Positions 1 to 10,833 of a stretch of 64,000 bases of DNA are shown here, in pieces; positions within the stretch are counted from its first letter, which is position 1; each line of letters starts with the position of its first letter. Below the pieces are notes generated by a model. The model had not been told where the DNA came from and did no database searches. It saw nothing but the letters and a program-made list of their open reading frames with translations. The translations under genes were made by a program, and so were the position numbers. This DNA is from Gammaproteobacteria bacterium (GTDB lineage: Bacteria; Pseudomonadota; Gammaproteobacteria; UBA4575), in assembly GCA_965222615.1 (NCBI GenBank), contig CBDCUI010000007.1, positions 758,885 to 822,884 of the forward strand. Direction: 5' to 3'.

Positions 1-73
1 TATGGTCTAACTAGGAATTAATGGCGTCACAATGCGGCGCTAATCCTAACATCAAATATAACGATAGAATGCT

Positions 74-1432
74 ATGCAAGTAAGAAAAATTATTCCGCTT
101 TTTATTTTTTTGGTGGTTTCGCTATCAGTTTATAGCAAAACAATCAGTACGCATGAAAAAATATTTGATAATGGCATGAAAGTGATTGTTAAGGAGGATC
201 ATCGAGCGCCAGTGGTAATTTCACAAATATGGTATCGAGTAGGTTCGGCACAAGAGCATAGTGGAATTACTGGTGTATCTCATGTGCTTGAGCACATGAT
301 GTTTAAAGGCACAGAAAAATATCCATCTGGAACCTTTTCTTCTACGGTAGCGGGAATCGGCGCACGGGATAACGCCTTTACGGGTCGCGACTACACCGCC
401 TATTATCAGCTTATGGAGAAGAGTAAGTTGGAAATAAGTTTTGAATTAGAATCAGATCGAATGTTGAATTTAATATTGTCACCGAATGATTTTGCCAGTG
501 AGCTTGAAGTAGTAAAAGAAGAAAGACGTCTTCGAACTGATGACAATCCTAATGCCTTGATCTATGAACAACTTTATGCAACAGCATTTAATAATAGTCC
601 TTATCATCATCCCATTATTGGCTGGATGAATGATTTAGATAATCTTCAAGTAGAAGATTTACAAACATGGTATGAGCGTTGGTATACCCCCAATAACGCC
701 ACCTTGGTTGTAGTGGGGGATGTGAATCCACAAGAAGTGTTTGCACTAGCTGAAAAATATTTCGCTGGGCTCGACTCGCGGAAAGTCACTGACAGCAAAC
801 CTCGAAAAGAGCATCCGCAAACCGGTATACGTAGGGTTACCGTTAAAAAAATAGCTAAGCTACCCTATATTATGCTTGGCTATAAAGTGCCATCACTGGC
901 CACAGCAGAACATGATTGGGAGCCTTATGCACTGTCAGTTTTAGCCGGTATACTCGATGGTGGTCGCAGTGCACGATTAAGCAAACATTTAGTGCGTGAA
1001 AAAGAATTGGTTGCTAGTGCCGGTGCCGGGTACAACCTCTATGCACGTTATCCAACTTTGTTTTTGTTTGACGGTACACCCGCTGCAGCACACACTATTG
1101 AGGAAATCGAAGCAGCACTGTATGAAGAAATTAAACAACTGCAAGAAACTTTAGTAGATGAAAAAGAGCTGGAACGTGTTAAGGCACAAGTGATTGCCAG
1201 CGAAGTGTACCAACAAGATTCTATTCAGAGACAAGCTACAGTCATCGGTAGCTTAGAAACCATAGGTTTGGGCTGGCAACTAATGAATGAATACAGCACG
1301 CGCATTAATCAAGTTACTGCCGAACAAATACAACAAGTTGCAGTTAAGTATTTAGTTGAGCAAGGCCTAACTGTTGCAATGCTTGAGCCATTGGAAAATG
1401 ATACTCAGACGCAGCAAGAATCCACACAATAA
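74..1432 (+). CDS. M16 family zinc peptidase, catalytic subunit
   Basis: Signal peptide, HxxEH motif (HVLEH), NAFT motif. Confidence 0.9.
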   Translation: MQVRKIIPLFIFLVVSLSVYSKTISTHEKIFDNGMKVIVKEDHRAPVVISQIWYRVGSAQEHSGITGVSHVLEHMMFKGTEKYPSGTFSSTVAGIGARDNAFTGRDYTAYYQLMEKSKLEISFELESDRMLNLILSPNDFASELEVVKEERRLRTDDNPNALIYEQLYATAFNNSPYHHPIIGWMNDLDNLQVEDLQTWYERWYTPNNATLVVVGDVNPQEVFALAEKYFAGLDSRKVTDSKPRKEHPQTGIRRVTVKKIAKLPYIMLGYKVPSLATAEHDWEPYALSVLAGILDGGRSARLSKHLVREKELVASAGAGYNLYARYPTLFLFDGTPAAAHTIEEIEAALYEEIKQLQETLVDEKELERVKAQVIASEVYQQDSIQRQATVIGSLETIGLGWQLMNEYSTRINQVTAEQIQQVAVKYLVEQGLTVAMLEPLENDTQTQQESTQ

Positions 1433-1467
1433 TTTATTTTCTAGAATTACTTTACAAGAATAATTTT

Positions 1468-2775
1468 ATGGAGCTTAAGCTATATACTTTTCTAATAGGC
1501 CTATGTCTGACTAACATTGTCAGTGCTGCACCGGATATTCAGCAATGGCAATCTGAAAACGGTGTGAAAACATTATTTGTGTCGGCACTTGAATTGCCGA
1601 TGGTTGATATCGCTATCACTTTTGATGCCGGTAGTGGACGGGATGGGGAACTTGCCGGTTTATCACAGCTTACCCATAGCTTGTTAAATTCTGGTTCGGG
1701 TCAGTTAGATGCCGATGCCATCGCTGAAAAATTTGAAGACGTTGGCGCTCAGTTTAGTGCCAGCGTAAATCTAGACCGCTCTAGTGTTGCATTACGTAGC
1801 TTGACCGATGAAAAACTATTTAATCAAGCCCTAACTACTTTTATCGCAATACTTACCCAACCTAGTTTTCCAAAAAAAGATTTTCAACGCTTAAAGAAAC
1901 AAGCGCTTATTGCAATTAAAGATGAGGAACAGCGCCCCGGTGATATTGCCACTAAAGCATTTTATAAAGCAATTTACAACGAGCATCCCTATGCACAACC
2001 GACCTTAGGTAATCAAAACAGCATCAATACGATTCAATTAAAAGATATTGAAAATTTTCATCAGCAATACCTAGTTGCTGAAAATGCACTGATTGCTATC
2101 GTCGGTGGTATCGATACAAACAAAGCCAAACAAATTGCTAATCAAATTGCATCGAGTCTAGCGCGTGGGCAAAAACCTGCACCCATCGCTAAACCTAGCC
2201 CTCAATTATCCGCGCAAGACATTTTTATTCCTTATCCGTCTCAACAAGCGCATGTGTATTTAGGACAATTAGGCATTCCACGTGGTGATCCCGATTATTT
2301 TACTTTGTATACAGGAAATCATGTGCTTGGAGGTGGCGGTTTTACCTCGCGTTTAGTAAAACAAGTGCGCGTTGAACGTGGGTTATCTTATAGCGTATAC
2401 AGCTACTTTTTCCCCATGCAATTAAATGGTCCATTTGTGTTGGGCTTACAGACACGCAGTGATCAAGCACAACTTGCTGCCAAGGTTTCATTAGATACAG
2501 TAAAAAAGTTTATTGAAAAAGGTCCTACGGTAGAAGAATTGCAATTAGCAAAAAATAATATTATTGGTGGGTTTCCCTTACGTATTGATAATAATCGTGA
2601 CATCTTGGGCTATCTATCTTTGATTGGTTATTACGATTTGCCACTCGATTATTTAGAAACCTTTACAAAAAATATTGAAAAAGTTACTCAAAAAGATATT
2701 CGAGAAACCTTCAACCGCCGATTGCAATTAAATAATATGATAAAGATTATTGTTGGTGGTTCAGAAGAAGAATAG
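1468..2775 (+). CDS. M16 family peptidase, non-catalytic partner subunit
   Basis: M16-like sequence lacking HxxEH; R...GLSYSV motif; tandem with the catalytic subunit. Confidence 0.85.
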   Translation: MELKLYTFLIGLCLTNIVSAAPDIQQWQSENGVKTLFVSALELPMVDIAITFDAGSGRDGELAGLSQLTHSLLNSGSGQLDADAIAEKFEDVGAQFSASVNLDRSSVALRSLTDEKLFNQALTTFIAILTQPSFPKKDFQRLKKQALIAIKDEEQRPGDIATKAFYKAIYNEHPYAQPTLGNQNSINTIQLKDIENFHQQYLVAENALIAIVGGIDTNKAKQIANQIASSLARGQKPAPIAKPSPQLSAQDIFIPYPSQQAHVYLGQLGIPRGDPDYFTLYTGNHVLGGGGFTSRLVKQVRVERGLSYSVYSYFFPMQLNGPFVLGLQTRSDQAQLAAKVSLDTVKKFIEKGPTVEELQLAKNNIIGGFPLRIDNNRDILGYLSLIGYYDLPLDYLETFTKNIEKVTQKDIRETFNRRLQLNNMIKIIVGGSEEE

Positions 2776-3319
2776 TTTACGTATTATTGGCGGCACTTGG
2801 CGCAGTCGTCGTATTCAATTTGTCGATCATCCTGAAATTCGTCCCACGCCTGACCGTGTGCGCGAAACCTTATTTAATTGGTTGTCTAATTCGATCAATG
2901 GTGCCAAGTGTCTAGATGTATTTGCCGGAAGTGGTGCGTTAGGATTTGAAGCTGCATCACGAGGCGCCAGTCAAGTGGTGTTGGTGGATAAGGACAAATC
3001 CTGTATTGAAATGTTGCTTAAACAGAAACAGTTACTCGATGCACAACAGCTTGAAATTGTACATCAAGACGGCTTGCAATATTTGCAACAAACCACACAG
3101 CAGTTTGATTTGGTGTTTTTAGATCCGCCCTTTAACAGCGGACTACTTCGGCAAGCCTTACGGTTCTTGAGCGAAGGTTCGATCATGGCGCCTAAGGGGT
3201 TTGTATATATTGAAAGCAGTGTACAAGAAACAGCCTCTACTAGTTTGCAGAAGTTACATTGTCTACGTGATAAAGTAGCTGGAGAAGTGCATTATGGGTT
3301 ATACGAAATTTCAAAATAA
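2750..3319 (+). CDS. rsmD: 16S rRNA m2G966 methyltransferase
   Basis: LRIIGG..R, RPTPDRVRETLFNWL, FAGSGALG and DPPF motifs; start uncertain. Confidence 0.92.
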   Translation: MLVVQKKNSLRIIGGTWRSRRIQFVDHPEIRPTPDRVRETLFNWLSNSINGAKCLDVFAGSGALGFEAASRGASQVVLVDKDKSCIEMLLKQKQLLDAQQLEIVHQDGLQYLQQTTQQFDLVFLDPPFNSGLLRQALRFLSEGSIMAPKGFVYIESSVQETASTSLQKLHCLRDKVAGEVHYGLYEISK

Positions 3320-3368
3320 TTTCAATAATTGTAAATAATTTCACCACTAACAAAGCGCTTCATATTAG

Positions 3369-3875
<507 letters not shown>

Positions 3876-3888
3876 GTGCTATCGGCTG

Positions 3889-5592
3889 ATGTATCGAGCA
3901 GTTGTATTTACCTCACTACTTTTTTTAAGCGCCTGTGGATTTAAAGGCGAATTAGTAAATGAAACCCCTCTTCCACCTAACTTTGCCGTGGCTAGCGCCC
4001 ATCCACTTGCGACCCAGGCCGGGATCGAGATTTTGCAGCAAGGCGGCAATGCCTTTGATGCAGCAGTTGCTGTAACTGCGACATTAGCTGTGGTGGAGCC
4101 TTATGCCTCTGGTTTAGGCGGCGGTGGGTTTTGGTTGTTGCATCGTGGCGATACCCAACAAGACATCATGATTGATGGACGCGAAATGGCACCAAGTAAA
4201 GCCACACAAGATATGTATCTAGGTGCGGATGGAAAGCCAACGGATCAGTCGGTGGAAGGGCCTCTAGCGGCAGGTATTCCCGGTGTGCCGGCAGGCATTG
4301 TACATATCTCCAAGCACTATGGTCGTTTACCATTGAGTACCAGCTTGGATTTTGCTATCCGGGTCGCACATGAGGGATTTGCGATCGACCAACGTTATCA
4401 TCGCTTAGCTACTGCACGTTTAAAATCGCTGCAGCAATCTGCACAGACCGCGGCAATTTTTCTTACTCAAGGCGAAGTTCCAAGCGTAGGTTATAACCTT
4501 AAGCAGCCACAATTGGCACATGTCTTAGAACAGATTCGTGACCTAGGTGCAAACGGCTTTTATCGCGGTGCTGTAGCACAAAAATTGGTGAGGGGGGTGC
4601 AACAAGCCGGAGGCATCTGGCAATTAAAAGATTTGCAGCAATATCAAATTAAAGAACGCCAACCTATCTTTGGTCAATATGGAGATATCAACCTTGTAAG
4701 TGCTGCACTACCGTCTTCAGGTGGCATCGTGTTGATACAAATGCTGAATATGTTGGCAACGCAGGAGCTTGAAAATTTACATGGCGCACAACGTATTCAT
4801 ACACTGGTAGAAGTCATGCGGCGTGCCTATTCCGAGCGTGCCAAACACCTAGGTGATATGGATTTTATAGAAGTTCCCATTGAAAAATTGTTATCCGAAG
4901 ACTACGCCCAACAACTTATAGCCGATTTTAATGTGCACACCGCTACTCCCAGTCAAAACTTTTTAACCGACCCGGTATTATTGGATGGGGATGTGCAGCA
5001 GGAAGGGCAAAATACCACGCACTTTTCTATTATCGATCAACATGGTAACTATGTCGCGGCAACATTATCGATTAATTATCCCTTTGGCTCTGGTTTTGTG
5101 CCTGCGGGTACCGGTGTGTTGTTAAACAATGAAATGGATGATTTTGCTGTTCAGCCGGGCCATCCAAACTTATGGGGCTTAATCGGTAGTGAGGCCAATG
5201 CCATTGCACCGGGCAAGCGAATGTTATCCAGTATGTCGCCGACTTTTTTATATGACGACAATCGAATAGCTATTTTAGGTACGCCGGGAGGGAGTAGGAT
5301 TATTACCATGGTGTTGTTAGCAGCATTGGAATTTGCAAAAGGTGCCAATGTACAAACTATGGTTGAATTGCCACGCTTTCATCATCAGTTTTTACCAGAT
5401 CAAATACAGTTTGAAAGCAACGCACTGGATACGGCTACGCAAACGGTGCTGATTAATATGGGGCATCAGCTACATGAGATGCAACGCAGCTATGGCAATA
5501 TGCATGCAATCATGTGGGATAAAAAAACTAAGCAAGTAACTGCTGCAAGTGACCCACGCGGCATTGGTCATGCACAAGTTGGTCCACATTAA
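3889..5592 (+). CDS. ggt: Gamma-glutamyltransferase (lipoprotein signal)
   Basis: GGNAFDAAVA, TTHFS nucleophile, LNNEMDDF, SSMSPT, GTPGG. Confidence 0.95.
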   Translation: MYRAVVFTSLLFLSACGFKGELVNETPLPPNFAVASAHPLATQAGIEILQQGGNAFDAAVAVTATLAVVEPYASGLGGGGFWLLHRGDTQQDIMIDGREMAPSKATQDMYLGADGKPTDQSVEGPLAAGIPGVPAGIVHISKHYGRLPLSTSLDFAIRVAHEGFAIDQRYHRLATARLKSLQQSAQTAAIFLTQGEVPSVGYNLKQPQLAHVLEQIRDLGANGFYRGAVAQKLVRGVQQAGGIWQLKDLQQYQIKERQPIFGQYGDINLVSAALPSSGGIVLIQMLNMLATQELENLHGAQRIHTLVEVMRRAYSERAKHLGDMDFIEVPIEKLLSEDYAQQLIADFNVHTATPSQNFLTDPVLLDGDVQQEGQNTTHFSIIDQHGNYVAATLSINYPFGSGFVPAGTGVLLNNEMDDFAVQPGHPNLWGLIGSEANAIAPGKRMLSSMSPTFLYDDNRIAILGTPGGSRIITMVLLAALEFAKGANVQTMVELPRFHHQFLPDQIQFESNALDTATQTVLINMGHQLHEMQRSYGNMHAIMWDKKTKQVTAASDPRGIGHAQVGPH

Positions 5593-6244
5593 TCCACTAA
5601 TATCTCAGAATAAATCAGAGTTTCCTCAAGTGAAGGTTGTTTATTTTGCCAGTCCCATGTGTTCTTGGTGTTGGGGATTTGCCCCAGTAATGCAAAAAAT
5701 CAAGACTATCTTTGCAAAACAAATTAAATTGCGCTTGGTACTGACACCGTTTCGAATCGATAACACCACACCTATGGATAAGAGCTTACGCGATTATGTA
5801 TTACAACAGTGGTACAAAGTTCATCACACTACAGGACAGTCATTTGATTTTAATTTTGCTATGAGCGCTGATTTTATTTATAACACCAAGTCAACCTGTC
5901 TTGCCATTAAGGCATTTTCTCAACAACGACCCGAACTTGAACTTGAATTTCTAAACTCTATACAAGCGGCTTTTTATACTGAAAACTTAAATGTAACCAA
6001 TGAGGAAATATTAGTTGATTTGTTACGTCCTTATTCTGTAGATATCGATCAATTTATCCAGGACCTACATGCGAAAGCCGTGCACAATCTTCTTGAAGAA
6101 GACTTTAATTTCTGTAAACAACTAAAAGTTGATGCTTATCCGACCTTGGTGGGGATGAAAGAAGACTCAATAACAGTGTTGACGCATGGCTATATGCCCT
6201 GTGCAGATCTGGAAATAAAACTGAAAAGTTGGATAAGGGATTAG
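5549..6244 (+). CDS. DsbA/FrnE-like thioredoxin-fold protein
   Basis: PMCSWCWGF (CxxC) and YPTL motifs; start uncertain. Confidence 0.8.
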   Translation: MTHAALVMHKLVHINPLISQNKSEFPQVKVVYFASPMCSWCWGFAPVMQKIKTIFAKQIKLRLVLTPFRIDNTTPMDKSLRDYVLQQWYKVHHTTGQSFDFNFAMSADFIYNTKSTCLAIKAFSQQRPELELEFLNSIQAAFYTENLNVTNEEILVDLLRPYSVDIDQFIQDLHAKAVHNLLEEDFNFCKQLKVDAYPTLVGMKEDSITVLTHGYMPCADLEIKLKSWIRD

Positions 6245-6649
6245 CTAAACAACAAGCTGCCAAGAGTGTTCAAATTACGATTTACAATCACTACTATCAG
6301 ATTTTAAAGAGCTACTTAGGTTATTGCGAAGAATCTCAATTTGCCAAGTTTGTAAAGTATTCGTATCCGTCAGCATCAAGGTATTGTCATCGATCACTTC
6401 GATCGAATAGCGATCAAGATCGGTAGCTTCCAATGTCGGGGTTTTTGTTGTCATGACTATAATCCAAGTGCCGCATTTTAAAAGGGTTTTATCTGTGGTA
6501 CTCAGGGTTTAGGACGTATGGACAGAACCAAAATATGAATGACTTGTACCTGGGACAACTGGTATATATTGACTACTGAATGGTAACCCTATGATTAGCA
6601 GTATTATTAATTGGAGTTATTTTGAAATTTAGGGCAACTGATTTTTTAT

Positions 6650-7462
6650 TTAATGCTGACAATGTGAGCAAAAAAAACTACTGCGTTGACCTAGCACCCG
6701 TGCTTGAATTGGACTGCCACATTGTGGACAGGGCTGACCTTTTTTATTGTAAACATTGAGCTGATTTGCAAAGTAACCAGGGTTGCCGTCTTCGCGCACA
6801 AAATCACGCAAGCTGGTACCTCCCATATCGATGGCATTTTGTAAAACTTCTTTTATTTTAGTTGCGAGAATTGCATAACGTTGACTAGATATTCTACCGG
6901 CAGCACGCTGTGGATGTATGCCACTTAAAAAAAGTGCTTCACTGGCATAGATGTTACCGACACCTACCACGACATGACTATTCATAATAAAGTTTTTAAC
7001 ACTTACTTTTCTTTCTTTGGCACGTAAATGTAAATATTTACCATCGAAGTCTTCATTAAGTGGTTCGGGTCCTAGCTGACTCAATAATTTGTGTCGCAAT
7101 GGGTCTTTACGCGTCCACAGAATGGTGCCAAAGCGGCGTGGATCGTGAAATCTTAAAGTTTGATCACCGAATACAAAATCTACATGGTCATGTTTTCTTG
7201 GATTGGTATTACTCGCAACAATGCGCAGACTACCTGACATACCTAAATGTAAAATAATATGGCCGGCGTCAGTTGCAAACAGCAGATATTTAGCACGACG
7301 TGAAATGCTATTAATGTGCTGATTTTTAACTAGCGCATTCAGGTTCCTGGGGATAGGCCAACGGAGTTGTCGTTGACGGAGGATAACTTTATTTATTTGT
7401 TTGCCATGTATATGGGGGGTAATGCCGCGTCGTGTGGTTTCAACTTCGGGTAATTCTGGCAT
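6650..7462 (-). CDS. mutM: Formamidopyrimidine-DNA glycosylase
   Basis: MPELPEVET N-terminus, HLGMSG, GNIYA, C-terminal zinc finger. Confidence 0.97.
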   Translation of the reverse strand: MPELPEVETTRRGITPHIHGKQINKVILRQRQLRWPIPRNLNALVKNQHINSISRRAKYLLFATDAGHIILHLGMSGSLRIVASNTNPRKHDHVDFVFGDQTLRFHDPRRFGTILWTRKDPLRHKLLSQLGPEPLNEDFDGKYLHLRAKERKVSVKNFIMNSHVVVGVGNIYASEALFLSGIHPQRAAGRISSQRYAILATKIKEVLQNAIDMGGTSLRDFVREDGNPGYFANQLNVYNKKGQPCPQCGSPIQARVLGQRSSFFCSHCQH

Positions 7463-7476
7463 AACACTTAAAAGTG

Positions 7477-8502
7477 CTAGGCTTGATAAAAGGCTTCAAT
7501 TTCGACTAACAAATCTTCTCTACACATATCGCCGAGTAATAAAATTCGTGGTGTAGTGCCAGAAAGGCGTGCTGCTAATATTTTTTTAATATGTGCAACA
7601 TCTTTGCGATGTCGAATGTATACCTTCATGTAGAGTAAATCGTCTTGTGCATTGAGCTGGGTCTGATGTTGATCGTTAGCATGTGCAACTAAAGTTTCTA
7701 CATTGTTGATGGACTCGTTGAGTTGTTCACAGACATCATCGACATGTTGGGTTTGATGTCCAACAATACTTGCCGTACCGGAGACATAAAAATGGGTGCG
7801 GTTGCCCCAGACCTTAAGTATGCCGCGTGAGAATAATGGTCGTTTTAGTATGTCGTTAACGGGATAATGATAAGCACTGGTTTGCCGCGGGTTTTCTACC
7901 GCAATGCCAGGTGTATCACTGGCTAAAAAGTAAACTTGCAGCACTTGCTGTTGATTGCCGATTACGGTAGCGGCTGGGTAGATTGCATTATCGATATTAC
8001 ACTTCTGCATGGCATTGAGACGAGCACGGCAAAATAATTCATAACGATTTGTGTGTGCATAACCTTGCACAATACTCGTTATGCCAGGAAAGTAATTCCA
8101 AGTACGTAATAAATGTTTACAACCTGCTTTAGCTAAACATTCAAATATTTCTTGATATGCCTGTTCGCTACCATAAATAAAACTTTCATCATCTGTACAG
8201 GGCAACTGAACATGACCAAAAAGCATTTGCGCATTACCTGCATAGTGCACGTTTTTATAAGTGCTGCGGTTGACTTCTTTATCGGTAAACCAATATTGGG
8301 AAAATAAATTCGATCCCAGCACATTTAAGCTGGTTTGAATCGATAAATGATGGTCATGGATGTGATTGTCCTCGTCACTCTGACCGAAATATAAATACGT
8401 CAATAATGGTTGATCGGTTTGCATCGGTGTAGGATCTTCACTGACAGCAATGTTTAAATTTGCTGTTGCCGAAGTCAGCTCATTAATGGAAAGAGAAGTC
8501 AT
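7477..8502 (-). CDS. FkbO/Hyg5/XanB2-like chorismate-transforming enzyme
   Basis: LLRTWNY, ENPRQ.SAY.YP, FSR, SGTASIVGH and CREDLLVEIEA motifs. Confidence 0.8.
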   Translation of the reverse strand: MTSLSINELTSATANLNIAVSEDPTPMQTDQPLLTYLYFGQSDEDNHIHDHHLSIQTSLNVLGSNLFSQYWFTDKEVNRSTYKNVHYAGNAQMLFGHVQLPCTDDESFIYGSEQAYQEIFECLAKAGCKHLLRTWNYFPGITSIVQGYAHTNRYELFCRARLNAMQKCNIDNAIYPAATVIGNQQQVLQVYFLASDTPGIAVENPRQTSAYHYPVNDILKRPLFSRGILKVWGNRTHFYVSGTASIVGHQTQHVDDVCEQLNESINNVETLVAHANDQHQTQLNAQDDLLYMKVYIRHRKDVAHIKKILAARLSGTTPRILLLGDMCREDLLVEIEAFYQA

Positions 8503-8576
8503 AGTTTTTACTGTAGCGTGCTTTGCTGAGAGTCGCTAGCTAGTAGTATCATTAATTCATGGATTAGTTTTATTTT

Positions 8577-8712
8577 TAAGGGAGCCCTCATTTATAGTAA
8601 CAGCGACTGAGACGAGGCAAAAAATGTCAAGAAAGCGGAGTTTGCACATTACGTAAATGAGCATTTTGAGGCATTTTTTAACAAAGCATCAGAATAAATC
8701 AGGGCTTCCTTA
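8577..8712. repeat. MITE-like element with ~19-bp terminal inverted repeats
   Basis: TAAGGGAGCCCTCATTTAT ... ATAAATCAGGGCTTCCTTA (2 mismatches), ~136 bp, non-coding. Confidence 0.6.
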
Positions 8713-10053
8713 GGCTTTACGTCTGCGTATGCCAATGAACACACCCGCTAACAATACGCCAAGTGGCACGATCAATAAATAAGTACTGGCTAAACTGGCA
8801 ATAGCAACATTACTAAATTCTATCGAACTATCCGGAGCTCGATACGGGAGTAGAGATATGCGTTGGTCATCATGTACTAACCACTGTAATACACTTACAC
8901 TTAGTGTTAGATTTTCACCGTTACCGATATAACCATTCGCCATAAAATCACTGTCACCAATAATGACAATGCGTTGTGCTTCGTTGTTGGCAATTTTGCG
9001 CGTCAGTGCTGCTGCCATTAATAATGGACCTGCAGTATCACCATCCTCGGTATTAAATACTGCATCAGCGTTTGATAGTGGTTTGGTTTCTGACCAGGCA
9101 CGTGGTAGCGAATAAAATAATGGCTGCATTTGAAACTTAGACTGTGTGGCGAACTCAAGCCCTACGGCAAAGGGGTAAAGAGTTTGATTGGTTAAGGCTT
9201 CAGTAATCGTGTGTGGTTGATATTCTATTACCGGTACTACAGCAGGGTGTTGAATGCCAAGGATAGAACGCAGTTGCTGATTGGCATCAATAATAGTGCC
9301 TTTGACCCATTGAACACCAAGTTCTTGTGCGAGAGCATCTAATAGATCACGGTTGTTTGGTTCGTGCAACCAAAGTAAATTCCCCCCATTTTCTACGTAT
9401 TCAATGATTACTTCTTCTTCGCCTTGCAATAAATCCGCTTGTGGCGCGGCGATAACGAGTACGGATATATTGTTTGGTAGGGTAGTAGTTTGCAGTAAAT
9501 TAATATCTTGTGTTTGTATGCCGCTGGTATCCAGAGTTTTCATTAAAGTACTGTAACCCTGGTTGTCTTCGTTAAAGATATCACGTTCACCATGTCCGGA
9601 TAAAAAAATCACCCAAGGTTTAGAGGTGCGCGTTAGTCTTTGTAGTGAATTGGTGATTTCACGTTCCGAGATGAGATCAACGATTTCAAAACGATCCTGA
9701 TAATCCAGACGTAGCTGACCATGATTATTAAGATGTAGCTCTTTTGCCTGTGGTAATTGTTTATCGGTGTCTAAAAAAATGACTTCGATATCTGCTTTGT
9801 GGCGTTGATATTTTTCAATAGTATTACGTAGTTTACGCCGTTCACTTGCCGCTTTGTTTGCCAGCACAGTTATGCGCAACGGTTCGTTAACTTGTCTTAA
9901 AATTTCACGGCTAGTGTTACTAAGGGTATTGCGATTATCTCGGGACCAATCAAATACTAAGTGATACTTCTGGGTTAACCAGGCAGCCATGGCGATTAGT
10001 GAAATAAACGCCAATATGCTTATCCATTTCATTAGTTGCGGTTTGCTACGCAT
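8710..10053 (-). CDS. GldG-like ABC transporter auxiliary protein
   Basis: DWS...RNTLS, FLSGHGE, GG.LL, GDSDF motifs; N- and C-terminal TM helices; operon context. Confidence 0.8.
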   Translation of the reverse strand: MRSKPQLMKWISILAFISLIAMAAWLTQKYHLVFDWSRDNRNTLSNTSREILRQVNEPLRITVLANKAASERRKLRNTIEKYQRHKADIEVIFLDTDKQLPQAKELHLNNHGQLRLDYQDRFEIVDLISEREITNSLQRLTRTSKPWVIFLSGHGERDIFNEDNQGYSTLMKTLDTSGIQTQDINLLQTTTLPNNISVLVIAAPQADLLQGEEEVIIEYVENGGNLLWLHEPNNRDLLDALAQELGVQWVKGTIIDANQQLRSILGIQHPAVVPVIEYQPHTITEALTNQTLYPFAVGLEFATQSKFQMQPLFYSLPRAWSETKPLSNADAVFNTEDGDTAGPLLMAAALTRKIANNEAQRIVIIGDSDFMANGYIGNGENLTLSVSVLQWLVHDDQRISLLPYRAPDSSIEFSNVAIASLASTYLLIVPLGVLLAGVFIGIRRRKA

Positions 10054-10074
10054 TCTGTAAACAATTTTAATAAG

Positions 10075-10827
10075 TTAAAGTGAACGTCTATAAGTAAGGT
10101 TCCAGATAGATAGGCCTAAAAACAAAATCGTGAACAAAATGAAATAACTGATATGAGTTGTATCGATTGAGCCTGATAAACTACTAAATAAATGAGTATA
10201 GCTAGATAGGTACAAAAATAATTCGCTACTGCTAGCAGTAGCAGAACCTGACATGTAAAGTAAAAAAAGACCTAACAATAAAGCTAGAATTGTACTAGTA
10301 GCAATAATAGGTGTGCGCGTTAAATTCGCGAGAAATAATGCGGCCGCGCACAATGAACTCAAGAATAAGAAAACCCCTACACAAGCAGCAGCAATTTTAC
10401 CGTAATCTATGGGAGTAAAATAACCGAGTACGAGTACATAACTGCTGCAAACCAAAATAAATATCAATGCCAGAATGGCTAATACCGAAAATTTGCTCAA
10501 TACAATTTGCACTATGCTTAATGGTGCACTGGTTAATAGTAAATTCGCACCTTGTTGACGTTCTTCTGTACAACTGCGCACAGCAAATAGTGGAATGATT
10601 AAGCTACCGACGATTGCCACCCAAAACAAATAGGGTGCGATAACTAAATCAGTTAAACCGGGTGCTTGTTCTAATCCAACTAGCTTGGTTTGAATTTCGC
10701 TATAAAAATTACTTAGTAAAAATAGTAGTAATAAGCCCAGTACAAATAATGCCAAACCAAACAATATCCAGGCAATGGGCGAATACCATACGCGCTTGAG
10801 CTCATTGTGTATGATAGCAAGACTCAT
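10075..10827 (-). CDS. ABC-2 type permease (GldF-like)
   Basis: Six hydrophobic segments, EERQQG..LL motif, between ATPase and GldG-like gene. Confidence 0.8.
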   Translation of the reverse strand: MSLAIIHNELKRVWYSPIAWILFGLALFVLGLLLLFLLSNFYSEIQTKLVGLEQAPGLTDLVIAPYLFWVAIVGSLIIPLFAVRSCTEERQQGANLLLTSAPLSIVQIVLSKFSVLAILALIFILVCSSYVLVLGYFTPIDYGKIAAACVGVFLFLSSLCAAALFLANLTRTPIIATSTILALLLGLFLLYMSGSATASSSELFLYLSSYTHLFSSLSGSIDTTHISYFILFTILFLGLSIWNLTYRRSL

Positions 10828-10833
10828 TGTTAG

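Noticed and set aside
6229-6640. ORF 6229..6426 and the adjoining gap
   Set aside because: No motif, repeat or structure that I could support.
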